Below are positions 20,071 through 30,125 of a stretch of DNA of 64,000 nucleotides, one piece after another. This DNA comes from a virus, in the IMG/VR virus record IMGVR_UViG_3300023112_000009, positions 32,001 to 96,000 of that record. One strand, given 5' to 3'. Within the stretch, counting starts at the first letter, position 1. Every line of letters starts with the position of its first letter. A program made the translations under genes and the position numbers. The notes beneath the pieces were generated by a model. That model made no database searches, was not told the DNA's origin, and saw nothing but the letters and a program-made list of their open reading frames with translations.

Positions 20071-20440
20071 TAATTTGTGATACAATAAGTCGAATGTACG
20101 TGTCTTTTTCAGATTGGGTTAGAGCATTCCAATGCACTACTACGTTCTCGTTTCCTCCAATCGGAACCTCTTCACCGCCAGCAGTCATCGTTTTGTGGCG
20201 ATATAGAATACGACCTTCTTCATCCTGTGCAACAAGTGTTACAACATTGAGTCTTGGATCTTCAGAAAGTGACCAAAGAAATCTTAAAAAGTCTTTAAAC
20301 TTAACAACTGATTTCTTTTGTTTGTAATCAGACATAACCATTATGATAATGATTTTTGTCTCATCCGTTAACGTTGGCAATTCTAGCAGGTGCTTGTGAA
20401 CCGCACAAAGTTTTTCCCAGTCTAATTTTATGCTCATCAT
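20054..20440 (-). CDS. hypothetical protein
   Basis: GGGAGG SD; overlaps the sigma gene. Confidence 0.55.
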   Translation of the reverse strand: MMSIKLDWEKLCAVHKHLLELPTLTDETKIIIIMVMSDYKQKKSVVKFKDFLRFLWSLSEDPRLNVVTLVAQDEEGRILYRHKTMTAGGEEVPIGGNENVVVHWNALTQSEKDTYIRLIVSQINGHER

Positions 20441-20465
20441 GGGTGACCTCCCTAATAACACTACA

Positions 20466-21722
20466 CTAAGCGTTGGGGGTCACCTCTACCACAGAACCGT
20501 CTTCAATGTATACTCCCATGCGATCTGCGTCGTTTCTAGAGGCGTATTCGATCCAACATTGATAGTCTTCGTCGTCGGCCATTTCCTTAATGATTGCCAT
20601 ACTGTTGTCGTCTAGTAGTGACCCGTCAGCAATACGGATCACGCGGAGCTTGGGGTTCGCGGCCATAGCAATACCCAGCGAGATTCTTAGCTGCTGAGCG
20701 GACGAAGCCTGACAAAAAGGTACTTCATGCCCTTCGTCATTCACGACTACGACACCATCCTCTGTGATGCGAAGGTTTTTCACAGGAAGTGGCGAAGATT
20801 CGAGTGCTTCCGCCTTCTGGATGCCAATAAGCTCCATTTTGTCGTTAAGTTCCTGAATACCTTCGTCAACTTTCGTCAGATCTTTACGTGTTTCATTGTA
20901 CGTAATCACTTCGCGAGCACGCTTGTTTCGCTGTTCAATTCCACCCAGTTCTTTCTTCAAAAACTCAATGTCAGGAACATCGGGAGCGTCCTCTAGTCCT
21001 TTCTTAACTAGCGTCAGTTCTTTGTTGGCTTCTTCCAATTCCTGCTCCAGTCTTTTAACTTTATTTTTTAAGTCATTATCCTGGAGAGTCAATTGATTTG
21101 TTTTCGTCTGAGAAGTAATGGCATCCGTAATAGCCTTAGTTAAATCCTCTACAGAAATTTCTTCCGTAGGATCAGTAGCCAAAGGGGGTGCCATCTGAGT
21201 AACAAGAGCAGTTAGTCTCTTTTTGTCCTTGTTGAGACTACTGCGTGCCTCGAACGCTTCTTTGTGTTGTACGTCATAGTTGGCTAGGTCTAGCTCACCC
21301 TCGGTGATACTGTAGAGCACGTCAGCCAACATTTCACGTTGTTCTTTCTCTTTCTTGCGAGAAAACTCCCATGGATCGAAGCTCAGGTCACCAATCAGAC
21401 CGTCCAGGATTTTCTGTGGAGATTTTAGAGTGCTACCGTCAGGTGTGCGAATTGAGAGCGTCGATCCAGAGGGAGTGAACTTACGGGTTACAATATATTC
21501 CCCTAGATCAAGCTCAACGAACCCCTTGTCTTCACCGGCACGTAGAGGGTTGGGATTGCTTTTCTTAGCCGCTTTGAACTCGAAAACAAGCCAGATAGAA
21601 TCCAGCACGGAGCTTTTTCCAGCACCGTTCGGACCACTAAGCACAATGATATCACCATCAGGGGTAATATCAATAGCACGAACTCGTTTGATGTTCTCGG
21701 AGTGTAGTTGAATAATTCTCAT
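20466..21722 (-). CDS. SMC/SbcC-like ABC ATPase
   Basis: GPNGAGKSS Walker A, coiled coil, ASSAQ signature, DGSLLD. Confidence 0.85.
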   Translation of the reverse strand: MRIIQLHSENIKRVRAIDITPDGDIIVLSGPNGAGKSSVLDSIWLVFEFKAAKKSNPNPLRAGEDKGFVELDLGEYIVTRKFTPSGSTLSIRTPDGSTLKSPQKILDGLIGDLSFDPWEFSRKKEKEQREMLADVLYSITEGELDLANYDVQHKEAFEARSSLNKDKKRLTALVTQMAPPLATDPTEEISVEDLTKAITDAITSQTKTNQLTLQDNDLKNKVKRLEQELEEANKELTLVKKGLEDAPDVPDIEFLKKELGGIEQRNKRAREVITYNETRKDLTKVDEGIQELNDKMELIGIQKAEALESSPLPVKNLRITEDGVVVVNDEGHEVPFCQASSAQQLRISLGIAMAANPKLRVIRIADGSLLDDNSMAIIKEMADDEDYQCWIEYASRNDADRMGVYIEDGSVVEVTPNA

Positions 21723-22312
21723 CGTTTAAAGTGGTAAGTTACTGCGTCGGTCTCGGCGGCAATGCCGCCGGATGCGAGCATTTGTTTCCAGAGCATGTGA
21801 TCGTGGTTGTCGCACGGTTGCCAGCCGTCCGTCTTGTCAAAGACCTCTCGTGTATGGGCCATGCCAACCGTTAAGAAGTCAGTTGAATTTACAGCACCCA
21901 TCTTTTTGACTAGCTTGCTTGATCGTGGGGACTTGTGTTTCATCATAAACGATTGGCCAGCGGTACGAACCATATTCACGCCAGGGTTCTCTTCAATCAA
22001 CTTGGCAAGAGTCTCCAAGTGGTTGGGTAGCCACTCGTCATCGTCATCGATGTACGCAATCCATGACTCAGCCTGACTCATAAGGATGCCAAAGTTTCGT
22101 GCTGGCCCACCGTAACCACCTTGTGGCTCCACCGAACCAACGACAGGTTTAAAACGTGGACCGAGATCGGGTATCGCGTCTCCCGGCATGAAGACCTGTC
22201 CATCACATGAGATCTGCAAGGACCAATCTTCATGAGTTTGTCCTACCACTGACTCAACGGCAGCGACTAGTGAGTCACGACCTGTGGTTGGTAGAATGAT
22301 ATCGAAGTGCAT
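21719..22312 (-). CDS. glycosyltransferase family 2
   Basis: IILPT, AVESVVGQT, ARNFG, YIDDDDEWLPNHL. Confidence 0.85.
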   Translation of the reverse strand: MHFDIILPTTGRDSLVAAVESVVGQTHEDWSLQISCDGQVFMPGDAIPDLGPRFKPVVGSVEPQGGYGGPARNFGILMSQAESWIAYIDDDDEWLPNHLETLAKLIEENPGVNMVRTAGQSFMMKHKSPRSSKLVKKMGAVNSTDFLTVGMAHTREVFDKTDGWQPCDNHDHMLWKQMLASGGIAAETDAVTYHFKR

Positions 22313-22372
22313 TTTCTGAAAATTGGAGGAGGTTAGACGTGAGGGATTTCCCTACTCAGTGCCTTCGGTGTT

Positions 22373-22864
22373 TCACTTGAGCGGTCGCCATAGGAAACGG
22401 CTAACAAGAATACGGTACGCTGGCTTCCAACCAAACCCTTTGAAGTTGATCGCCTTACAGTCTCGTACGATAGCGTCCAAGGCTTCTGGCTTAAGCATGG
22501 TGAACATCGGGGTTTCTTCACCCGCTCCGTTCACCATAAGAATGGTGGCCCTACGTGTGCAATAGTTCTTAATCTGGTTGGTTTTTAGATGGAAGTAAGT
22601 CTTGATCAGTGGTTTAGAAAACTTGACCTCGATCTCACCGTAACCTTCAACAGTAAAGTCGGGGTCAGTGTTGACCTTACTGTTTTCTAGGAACTCACCA
22701 TCGTTACCGCACCCCGTATCCGTAAACTTGGGACGTTTGCCAGTGTCTTTTTCTATCAGGTCTAACCACAGGAAAAACAGTGTACGTTCTGACATCGTAT
22801 GGTTTTTGATGTCTTCTTTAAACTCTTCTTCGCTGCGATTGTCAAACCTGTAGTTTCTAGCCAT
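22373..22864 (-). CDS. PD-(D/E)XK nuclease-like protein
   Basis: DPDF...IEVKF. Confidence 0.5.
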   Translation of the reverse strand: MARNYRFDNRSEEEFKEDIKNHTMSERTLFFLWLDLIEKDTGKRPKFTDTGCGNDGEFLENSKVNTDPDFTVEGYGEIEVKFSKPLIKTYFHLKTNQIKNYCTRRATILMVNGAGEETPMFTMLKPEALDAIVRDCKAINFKGFGWKPAYRILVSRFLWRPLK

Positions 22865-22868
22865 ACTT

Positions 22869-23069
22869 TCATACCGTAAAACCCTGACGCTTTAGGTCGC
22901 GAGCAGCCATAATAAAAGCACGTTCACGCGAATATGCCTTCTTGCGGTCTTGGTGAATCCACTTCCACTGGAAGGCACCAGAGTCCTTGAGTGCTGGGAC
23001 GGCAACCCATCCAGCACGCTGTAGAACACGACGCTGTTCGTCGCGATGTTGTTTGTTGTTATCCATCAT
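22869..23069 (-). CDS. hypothetical protein
   Basis: 66 aa, coupled to the exonuclease gene. Confidence 0.5.
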   Translation of the reverse strand: MMDNNKQHRDEQRRVLQRAGWVAVPALKDSGAFQWKWIHQDRKKAYSRERAFIMAARDLKRQGFTV

Positions 23070-23671
23070 CCTTTCATCAACGCTTCGGCAAACGCCGGGT
23101 CCGAGAACACACTACGGAAGCGATACAAGATACGAAAGCTAGCAACCGCATCAAACAGAGCGGCGTGGAACTTGTTCTTGCCAAAATCAGACATGTCAAT
23201 GTTCAAAGCCTTAACAGATTGAGTCAAGGTAGCACCAGACTTTACATTATCGTGCCCAGTAAACAGACGCATCACAGGCAGGGAGTCAAGGGCACGATAG
23301 GTGAAGTTACGTTCGAAGTTTTGCTTAGAGCAGCCAAAGATATCCTTAGAGATAATCGGCCTATCGTAGCTCGCTTCGTTGTGTCCACCCAGCATGGCGG
23401 CTCCAGTATTAAACCATAGATCAGTGAACTTCTCACAGATCTCTTCGGTTGAAATACCTTGGTTGAAAGCCTCTTGCGGAGTGATGCCATGTACTTCAAT
23501 AGCCTTAGGCGTGTACACATAGTCATCCACAGATGGTTTTCGGTGAAAGGCTTCAAATTGATCAATGATCTCGCCAGTGTCAAGGTCACCAACCAAAGCA
23601 CCCACCGAGAAGACTGAATGCTTCTCGGTGTCTAGGCCCCCAGTTTCGGTATCGTAAATGAGACAACGCAT
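23066..23671 (-). CDS. DEDDh 3'-5' exonuclease (DnaQ-like)
   Basis: YDTETGG, GHN..YD, HAALFDA. Confidence 0.9.
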   Translation of the reverse strand: MRCLIYDTETGGLDTEKHSVFSVGALVGDLDTGEIIDQFEAFHRKPSVDDYVYTPKAIEVHGITPQEAFNQGISTEEICEKFTDLWFNTGAAMLGGHNEASYDRPIISKDIFGCSKQNFERNFTYRALDSLPVMRLFTGHDNVKSGATLTQSVKALNIDMSDFGKNKFHAALFDAVASFRILYRFRSVFSDPAFAEALMKG

Positions 23672-23683
23672 TATTTATTTCTC

Positions 23684-24118
23684 CTAGACACTAGTACTCG
23701 CATTAGCGATCACCCCGTGGACGGTTTGAGTTAGACGGTCAACCATATCGGTTGCAAGGGGACGAGTACGAACCTCAATGCCAGCGAACTCGCCAACTTC
23801 ACTCAGGAATTCGTCCGATTCGTCAACGGTGGGCTTAAAGGACTCGCGGAACGCCTTCATGAAGTCACGAGAGCCAAGACTAGTGTCAAAGCTAAACGTT
23901 AGACTGCCAGCGTTGCCGTCAACAGCGGCACCGAGACGACCATTGATGATCGCACGAGCAGTTGCACGGCAGAAGTGGTCTTCGCGGTCTGCGTGGTAGA
24001 AGTTGTTACGGCTTGTGCCGTCGTTCACTAGTGCGAAAGCGACAACTAGAACGTCGCCAACGTTACAAGCACCAACACTTACGCCCGCAAGGGGGCGGTG
24101 AGAAAAGATAGTATCCAT
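23684..24118 (-). CDS. hypothetical protein
   Basis: 144 aa ORF within the operon. Confidence 0.65.
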   Translation of the reverse strand: MDTIFSHRPLAGVSVGACNVGDVLVVAFALVNDGTSRNNFYHADREDHFCRATARAIINGRLGAAVDGNAGSLTFSFDTSLGSRDFMKAFRESFKPTVDESDEFLSEVGEFAGIEVRTRPLATDMVDRLTQTVHGVIANASTSV

Positions 24119-24288
24119 TATTTTTCGTCTTCGTTTGTAGGAGGAGTAGGAGGCTGGACTTGACTAATTTCAGTTAGACTAGACCAGAGTTTAATCGTCA
24201 TTTGTGAGGGCACAGAAGCCGTGGAGGTAGCCATGGCCACCATCAATACGCGAGCTTCGTCGCCAGTAAGAGCAAGGTTGTTTTCCAT
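24118..24288 (-). CDS. small hypothetical protein (56 aa)
   Basis: MENNLALTGDEARVLMV...; TAATG overlaps on both sides. Confidence 0.55.
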   Translation of the reverse strand: MENNLALTGDEARVLMVAMATSTASVPSQMTIKLWSSLTEISQVQPPTPPTNEDEK

Positions 24289-24998
24289 TATAGTAGATTC
24301 AGTTTTTGTAGTACGCCACGCATGAATGCTTCCAGGTCTTCCATGGACCCATTGTTATTGTATACGCACTCGAACGTGCGTCCATCGAGAGCAGTCTCGC
24401 TGGAATGTCCATCCTTGAGTCCCGTTTTCCTCTCTAGTCTAATGATGACGCCAGAATGGTCTTCTGTTACTCTCTTTTCGTTGGGAAATCTGCAATCAGA
24501 AATGATAACCACATCTAGGTTACCCCAATCACGGTTGAAGGGTGCGTTAGCCCACACGTTAAAGTCAAACATCGTGCGAAAGATATCTGTCCCCATCACT
24601 TGCAATACATCGCGAATCGTCATCGGGCCAGACCTTAGTGGCATGTACCATGTCTCTCTGTATTTAAAGCGAATGCTCAACGGGAATGTATCCCATAGAA
24701 CATGTGTAGGTGTCTCCTTGTCTTCGTTGGTCCCGTACACAAGATCTCGGTCGAGACCTAGCACAGTAATCGCTGCGTCTTTCAAGACCTCGGCAAAAGC
24801 GGTGATCTTGAAGGTTTTGTTGGCCTCGTACAGCATCTTAGATGCCATCAACGCTGCCGTATCCTTGCCAGTCTGCTTCTTACCGGATAAGACGATAAAA
24901 AGAGGACCGGGTGTTCCTGTGGGGTCTTCCTTCATAGTCGTATTATACGCCGGGTTTTCCTCTTTGTCAAGCATTCTTTGCTTTAAATAATCATTCAT
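24288..24998 (-). CDS. deoxynucleoside monophosphate kinase (T4 gp1-like)
   Basis: SGKKQTGKDT, AFAEVLK, RDVLQVMGTD, ISDCRFPNE, HSSE. Confidence 0.9.
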   Translation of the reverse strand: MNDYLKQRMLDKEENPAYNTTMKEDPTGTPGPLFIVLSGKKQTGKDTAALMASKMLYEANKTFKITAFAEVLKDAAITVLGLDRDLVYGTNEDKETPTHVLWDTFPLSIRFKYRETWYMPLRSGPMTIRDVLQVMGTDIFRTMFDFNVWANAPFNRDWGNLDVVIISDCRFPNEKRVTEDHSGVIIRLERKTGLKDGHSSETALDGRTFECVYNNNGSMEDLEAFMRGVLQKLNLL

Positions 24999-25052
24999 GT
25001 CAGTCTTCTCAAAAATGCTACGAGCGTGGGTATATGCACTAAGGGGTGTTCC

Positions 25053-25538
25053 TTAGTAGCCCTCGAATATTCCTTTGACAATATCCAACCCTGCGTCAAT
25101 ATTGTTTACTACATAATCAAATGTCTCTCTGAGCATGGGATGATTTTTATGTAGAGTATCGTCGTCCTCAACGACAACGACGATGGGTTTGTTTAATTGA
25201 TATGCCCAGGCAATTTCCATAATGGTGCCAGTTGAAACTCGCGTAGCACCCAGGAAGCTGACGAACAAGACCGAACAATTCAGTGCATCAAATTTGTCAC
25301 GAGCCAAGATGCCTCGTGACGTACTCATGGGGTTGTCTGTTAGTCCTTCTTGTTTAGAGAAGTCCATTTCGCCAGCGATCTCCGCGAAGTCTGCGATGTA
25401 TCCCTTGCCCCGTTGGGGCGACATGCCCTTGATACCATGGACCGCAAGGTCTTTTTGTGCATGCTGTCGCCACTCGATACCCTCTGCGTATGAGAGACCG
25501 TCGATGGGGCCAGCAAGATAGACTGTTTTGTGTACCAT
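25053..25538 (-). CDS. nucleoside 2-deoxyribosyltransferase-like protein
   Basis: VYLAGPI, RD, STGTIMEIAWA. Confidence 0.8.
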   Translation of the reverse strand: MVHKTVYLAGPIDGLSYAEGIEWRQHAQKDLAVHGIKGMSPQRGKGYIADFAEIAGEMDFSKQEGLTDNPMSTSRGILARDKFDALNCSVLFVSFLGATRVSTGTIMEIAWAYQLNKPIVVVVEDDDTLHKNHPMLRETFDYVVNNIDAGLDIVKGIFEGY

Positions 25539-25539
25539 A

Positions 25540-26763
25540 TTATTCCTTAATCCTTTCAGTAACTAGTTTCCAAATCTTGTCCTCGATATCCTTATCATCG
25601 AGTAGTGCGAACACGAAGCCGCCCTCCATGTTGTCCACGTTGGCCTGGATCCACATGGCCTGTTCTTTTCGAGGACGATTTGCACCGACCTCTTCATGCA
25701 TGCGGTTCAGGTTGACATGAGCAGCAGTGAAGATTTCATCGTACATTCCCTGCACCAAGGCACGAATGTCATCAAAGTCGCAAGCGATGCTTGCGGGTAG
25801 TTGCTTGACGGTTACACCGTACTCGTGACCACGGATCAATGCGATTACACCTTTTGGACTCATAGCGTCCAAAAGACGGTGGATACGAACGTACGTTGGA
25901 CTCTTAACCTTCACGCGAAGGCTGCCAATCTTAGCAACATATCCCTCAGTGTTATCTTCGAACGTAGCTTCACGCAAGTCCATTTGATATACTTTAGGTC
26001 TACGGAAGCCACACATTTCTGCGATCTGATCGACACGACGAGGGTGCCACTCGACTCCGTTGTGCTCGAAAATCGCAAGCAATACAAGCTCGCGAGCACC
26101 GTGGTAGTCCACGACGATACGGTTCTCGGGATAGATGATCTCGAAAACAGGAGTACAATCTGTCGGCAGAGCCGTAAGGTCATAACGTGGCAAAGCACAC
26201 ACTGTTTCCTGATAAGTAGAGTATCGTTCAGTGTATTCAGATGCACAACGCGGGTGCGTGGGCTGTCCCTCGCATTCTGGCACCATTTCATTTAGGATAC
26301 GAGTACCCTCAAGAGCCTGATCAGACTCCATGTTACCCGGCGTAGCCAAACGCCACATGGGTACATTTATGGTGTAGACGTGACCTCGCGTGTACATGTC
26401 TGGGTTTTCTTCAAACGAAGGTAACGGATCTCTCGTGTCTGGTCCCTTGGTACCGAAGTATCCAACACCACACGAACCATCCATCTTTTCATAGACTTCA
26501 CAGCCCTCATCCCACGGAAGGTTAGCAACCTTGGTCTCTTCACGTTCGTTCATGTTGAAGAACTTAGAGAACGGTCGAGCTATAACGGTACCGTCAACAT
26601 CGAAGATAATCCCTCTGGCCTGACGATTTACGTCATTCCAGAGGTCTTGAATGTGTGTGTCTTGCGTGTACTTGAAAAGAGTATACGATCCTGACTGGTT
26701 CGCGTTCACGCGACCAGCTTCTACCTCTTTCCAGAGTTTGTTTAATAGGATCGGATCTTTCAT
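25540..26763 (-). CDS. RNA ligase (T4 Rnl1 family)
   Basis: ARGIIF...RPFSKFFN, EKMDGS, FEII, EGYV, RVKVK. Confidence 0.88.
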   Translation of the reverse strand: MKDPILLNKLWKEVEAGRVNANQSGSYTLFKYTQDTHIQDLWNDVNRQARGIIFDVDGTVIARPFSKFFNMNEREETKVANLPWDEGCEVYEKMDGSCGVGYFGTKGPDTRDPLPSFEENPDMYTRGHVYTINVPMWRLATPGNMESDQALEGTRILNEMVPECEGQPTHPRCASEYTERYSTYQETVCALPRYDLTALPTDCTPVFEIIYPENRIVVDYHGARELVLLAIFEHNGVEWHPRRVDQIAEMCGFRRPKVYQMDLREATFEDNTEGYVAKIGSLRVKVKSPTYVRIHRLLDAMSPKGVIALIRGHEYGVTVKQLPASIACDFDDIRALVQGMYDEIFTAAHVNLNRMHEEVGANRPRKEQAMWIQANVDNMEGGFVFALLDDKDIEDKIWKLVTERIKE

Positions 26764-26776
26764 AATCGCTCCGCGA

Positions 26777-26980
26777 TTAGGTGTTGGGCAACAATGCCCT
26801 GCTGTGCAATGTATTTAGTTGGTATGTATCGTACCAAGCAGAGACTTGGCACATCACTGGACCATTGACGTTTAGTTTATCAACTAGTTCTTGTGCTTCT
26901 TCACGGGTATCAAATATTCCCATGAACGGGAGGCGATGATTGCCATTGTGCCTATCAAAGACAACGTAGACTTCTTTCAT
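26777..26980 (-). CDS. hypothetical protein
   Basis: VYVV...GIFDTREEA small phage protein pattern. Confidence 0.55.
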   Translation of the reverse strand: MKEVYVVFDRHNGNHRLPFMGIFDTREEAQELVDKLNVNGPVMCQVSAWYDTYQLNTLHSRALLPNT

Positions 26981-27068
26981 GCAATCAAAATTCCCATAGC
27001 AACGATAGCGGCTACTGCAATTACAGCAGATATAACCTGCATGACTGTCGGCTTCTTGGCTTTTCGGT

Positions 27069-27353
27069 TCATGCGAATTTTTCCTGCTCTTTGGCGTCAG
27101 TAATTTTTTGCATAATTACATCTGGACTATCATGACAAACTCTTGATTGATTACCCAACATGATTAGTGATCCACCAAGAATTTGCTTGTGCTTTCCATT
27201 AGCCATAGCACGTCCGTCCGGTCCAAAAGAATGCAACCCAAACGGACCACTATACGGTTCAATTTGCATAATCATATGCGGCCTGATGTATACGTCGTTA
27301 GCGGTATCTTCCTCCGTCATGGAGTCAGCCATTTTGATCTTAATAAAATTCAT
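27069..27353 (-). CDS. hypothetical protein
   Basis: 94 aa, ATGA overlap. Confidence 0.55.
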   Translation of the reverse strand: MNFIKIKMADSMTEEDTANDVYIRPHMIMQIEPYSGPFGLHSFGPDGRAMANGKHKQILGGSLIMLGNQSRVCHDSPDVIMQKITDAKEQEKFA

Positions 27354-27634
27354 TTCTTCGTTCTACGCTTAGGTTTCGCTTCTGGTTCTTCTTCTTCTAC
27401 AGGATCAGGGTCAAGCCATTCAATAGCCCCCTTTCCCTCGTGGCCATGAACAGCCACGAATGTTTTCATGTTGTCATAAACACTCACGGTTCCCATGTTG
27501 GAAATCCACGAATGAACTACCTTTCCATTAGACAGTTCCACGCCTTCACCCACAACGCCCGTACCGCTGACGCCTGAAACGTCTTCGGTACGGACAAAGT
27601 GAAAGCGACGGATGCCGGGTTTACTATTGCTCAT
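27350..27634 (-). CDS. conserved-looking phage hypothetical protein
   Basis: RRF...RTEDVSGVSGTGVVGEGV...HGH. Confidence 0.7.
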   Translation of the reverse strand: MSNSKPGIRRFHFVRTEDVSGVSGTGVVGEGVELSNGKVVHSWISNMGTVSVYDNMKTFVAVHGHEGKGAIEWLDPDPVEEEEPEAKPKRRTKK

Positions 27635-27636
27635 AA

Positions 27637-28908
27637 TTAAAATCCAGCACCCTTAAGTGCCTTGGCTCTTGCACGCTCCATGTTTTGAGCGATCTTTTGA
27701 CCATCCTTTAGGTGGGCGAACTCGTGACCTCGAACCTGCCGGATAACTCCAGCAGCTTTCAGCAACCTGTCGCCCTGCTCGTACGGGTCGTTTGCGTGCA
27801 GCGGACCTCTCCCCCTCGCGTCTGCCTTAGAAGCAAGAACAACACGAGAAAGCATTTGGTCTCCCTGTACAGCAAGCAGTCGCATAAGCAGACGCACCTT
27901 CTTCACGGGCTTTAAATCATCAAATCTATGGACGTTCAAGTGGTCCTTTGCCGTCACCGCCGCAACCTTGCGATGCGTGTTCGGTACGCGGAGCCTGTCG
28001 CACATGTCGTGAACAAGCGGCACACCGAGTGCTTCGTGGTTGTAATGATGTGGCAAATTGTCATCGTCCGTAACAGCCTTACCCAAATCGTGTGTAAGTG
28101 CAGCGAACATCGTCTCATCGTCCGCACCAAGCTCGGCAGCCCGGTCCACGACCTCAAGAGTGTGTACGTATGCATCACCTTCGGGATGGTACTTCTCGGG
28201 CTGAGTACGCCCCTGTAGAGCGTCTATTTCCGGAAGGACAACCTCTAGGGCACCCAATTTGTCTAAAGCTTCAAAGAACAGCGACGGCTTCGGCGTACGG
28301 AGTGCCTTTTCAAGCTCACCCCACAGACGCTCGCCCGGTAGCGTGATTAGCTCAGGTAAAACAACCTGTGCTACCTCAACAAGCTCATCAGATAGTACCA
28401 TGCCCAATTGGGCTGCGAACCTTGCGGCACGCAGTACACGCAACGGATCTTCTCCGAAGTGTGCTCCAACAGGACGCAGTACACCATCAGCTAGGTCTCT
28501 GGCTCCACGGAACGGGTCAAAGACCTTACCCGTGAAGGGATCCATAGCCATAGCGTTTATCGTGAGATCTCGACGTTGAAGGTCTTGTTCAAGCGTAACG
28601 TCTTCCGTTTGGCAATCGAATCCCTTGTAGCCTTGACCATCGTCTGTTTTTTGCTCAGTTCTAGCAAGGGCTACCTCAACGTCGCCGTGATCGGTGACGA
28701 TTTTCCATACCGGAAAGCTGTCGCCAACAAGTTCACCGTGCTTATGTAGCAGGCGGCAAAGCTCGTTAGAAGCACCCACAACCATAACGTCCACGTCTTT
28801 GGGCTGTCGGCCCAAAAGCATGTCGCGTACAAACCCTCCTACAACGAAGGGCGTACCGCCAGCGTCAACGATCAACTGGCATAGGTCTAGGTGTTTTTGA
28901 CGTAGCAT
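27637..28908 (-). CDS. cca: CCA tRNA nucleotidyltransferase with HD domain
   Basis: VGGFVRD..DVD, DLQRRDLTINA, EDPLRVLRAARF, HPEGD..H, HDLGK. Confidence 0.93.
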   Translation of the reverse strand: MLRQKHLDLCQLIVDAGGTPFVVGGFVRDMLLGRQPKDVDVMVVGASNELCRLLHKHGELVGDSFPVWKIVTDHGDVEVALARTEQKTDDGQGYKGFDCQTEDVTLEQDLQRRDLTINAMAMDPFTGKVFDPFRGARDLADGVLRPVGAHFGEDPLRVLRAARFAAQLGMVLSDELVEVAQVVLPELITLPGERLWGELEKALRTPKPSLFFEALDKLGALEVVLPEIDALQGRTQPEKYHPEGDAYVHTLEVVDRAAELGADDETMFAALTHDLGKAVTDDDNLPHHYNHEALGVPLVHDMCDRLRVPNTHRKVAAVTAKDHLNVHRFDDLKPVKKVRLLMRLLAVQGDQMLSRVVLASKADARGRGPLHANDPYEQGDRLLKAAGVIRQVRGHEFAHLKDGQKIAQNMERARAKALKGAGF

Positions 28909-29195
28909 TATTCTTTTTTAAAGCGATTGCATTCTTCGATCTTGGAAACCAGGATCGGAGGAGAGTCCTTGACATTCTCAGGTCTCCAGAAGCAAATTGT
29001 CTTTACTCTTTCGTGTTCAATTACGGTGTCGATTACTTCTGGAGTCTGTTGTGACTCATTAAAGATATCGTATGTGTCTTCTTGTTTTTCGTTCGGTGAC
29101 TCATATGAGACACGTTCCTGTTCGGTCTCTTTTACGCAAATGCCAAACTTGCAGGTCCAGCACTTACTTTCTTCGGCCTTAAGTTCGTCATTCAT
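28908..29195 (-). CDS. Cys-containing hypothetical protein
   Basis: CWTCKFGIC...C...C. Confidence 0.55.
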   Translation of the reverse strand: MNDELKAEESKCWTCKFGICVKETEQERVSYESPNEKQEDTYDIFNESQQTPEVIDTVIEHERVKTICFWRPENVKDSPPILVSKIEECNRFKKE

Positions 29196-29629
29196 GCTTG
29201 AAAAATAGACATATCAGTCCACTCGGTTTCGTCGTCGTGAGGTTGGTACTTGTTGATCTGCTTTCGTAGCGTTGCCAAAGGAACACCATGAACGTTACGC
29301 TCAAAGAGCACTTCGGGATCCCAGGGGCCAGGGGTGCGTAGCACTTCTACAGTGTACCCGTATTTCTCAGCCATGTCAAGATAAGGTTTCATTTCCCATC
29401 GAGTCATGCTAGTGTTAGCCACCACGACCAACTCTACATCAAAATTACACGCAGTCCTGACGTTCGTTTGGTTCCAGGAATGAGCGAGCCCCAATTTGGA
29501 GGGGTCGAAGTCATATGGACCTTTTCTCTCCCAGAACTTGTCGGTTTCAAAGATTTCGCCACCGACAGCCTTGGCGATTGTGCTTTTGCCGCTTCCTGAC
29601 GGGCCTCGTAGTAGGACTAGTCTCTTCAT
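29192..29629 (-). CDS. P-loop polynucleotide kinase-like protein (AAA_33/N4BP2-like)
   Basis: LLRGPSGSGKST, AHSWNQ, ERNVHGVP. Confidence 0.8.
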   Translation of the reverse strand: MKRLVLLRGPSGSGKSTIAKAVGGEIFETDKFWERKGPYDFDPSKLGLAHSWNQTNVRTACNFDVELVVVANTSMTRWEMKPYLDMAEKYGYTVEVLRTPGPWDPEVLFERNVHGVPLATLRKQINKYQPHDDETEWTDMSIFQA

Positions 29630-29635
29630 GCTACC

Positions 29636-29663
29636 ATTATACACCAGAAGCGGAGCAAGTCAA
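29636..29663 (-). promoter_or_regulatory. sigma70-type promoter, probably leaderless
   Basis: TTGACT-N16-TATAAT-6 nt-ATG; the -35 lies in the loop of an 11-bp inverted repeat. Confidence 0.7.
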
Positions 29664-29697
29664 GCTCCGCTTCTAGTTTTTTATCTCTTACTGACGA

Positions 29698-30117
29698 TTA
29701 GAAGAGTTGTTCGTCAGTACCGCCTTCGCCACCACCAGTTGTGGCAGGAACCTTTTCACCGGGTTCGTCACCGCCCACGCTGGGAGCCCCGGAACCACCG
29801 CTGTTGCCAACGAAGAAGAAACCATTGACGTTTTCAAGCTGAACTTCTAGCTTGGTACGCTTCTCGCCTTCGTCGTTCGTCCAACTGTTCGGGATAAGAT
29901 TGCCCCTGATAAGGATTTGCTTACCTTTTTCAAGGTGCTTGCCCATGATCTCGGCCTGCTTGCCAAAACCAACACAGTCCACGAAGGTAGTGGTCTTGCG
30001 ATCACCGAAGCCATTGTTAACAGCAATGGTAAATCGTACGACGTTATTTTCTTGACCCATCACCTTGGGGTCATCAACAAGGTTGCCTTGGGCAATAAAT
30101 TGATTGAGATTACTCAT
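29698..30117 (-). CDS. ssb: single-stranded DNA-binding protein
   Basis: NQFIAQGNLVDDP, FTIAVN, FVDCVGFGKQAE, Gly-rich linker, acidic tail DEQLF. Confidence 0.92.
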   Translation of the reverse strand: MSNLNQFIAQGNLVDDPKVMGQENNVVRFTIAVNNGFGDRKTTTFVDCVGFGKQAEIMGKHLEKGKQILIRGNLIPNSWTNDEGEKRTKLEVQLENVNGFFFVGNSGGSGAPSVGGDEPGEKVPATTGGGEGGTDEQLF

Positions 30118-30125
30118 ATTTATGT

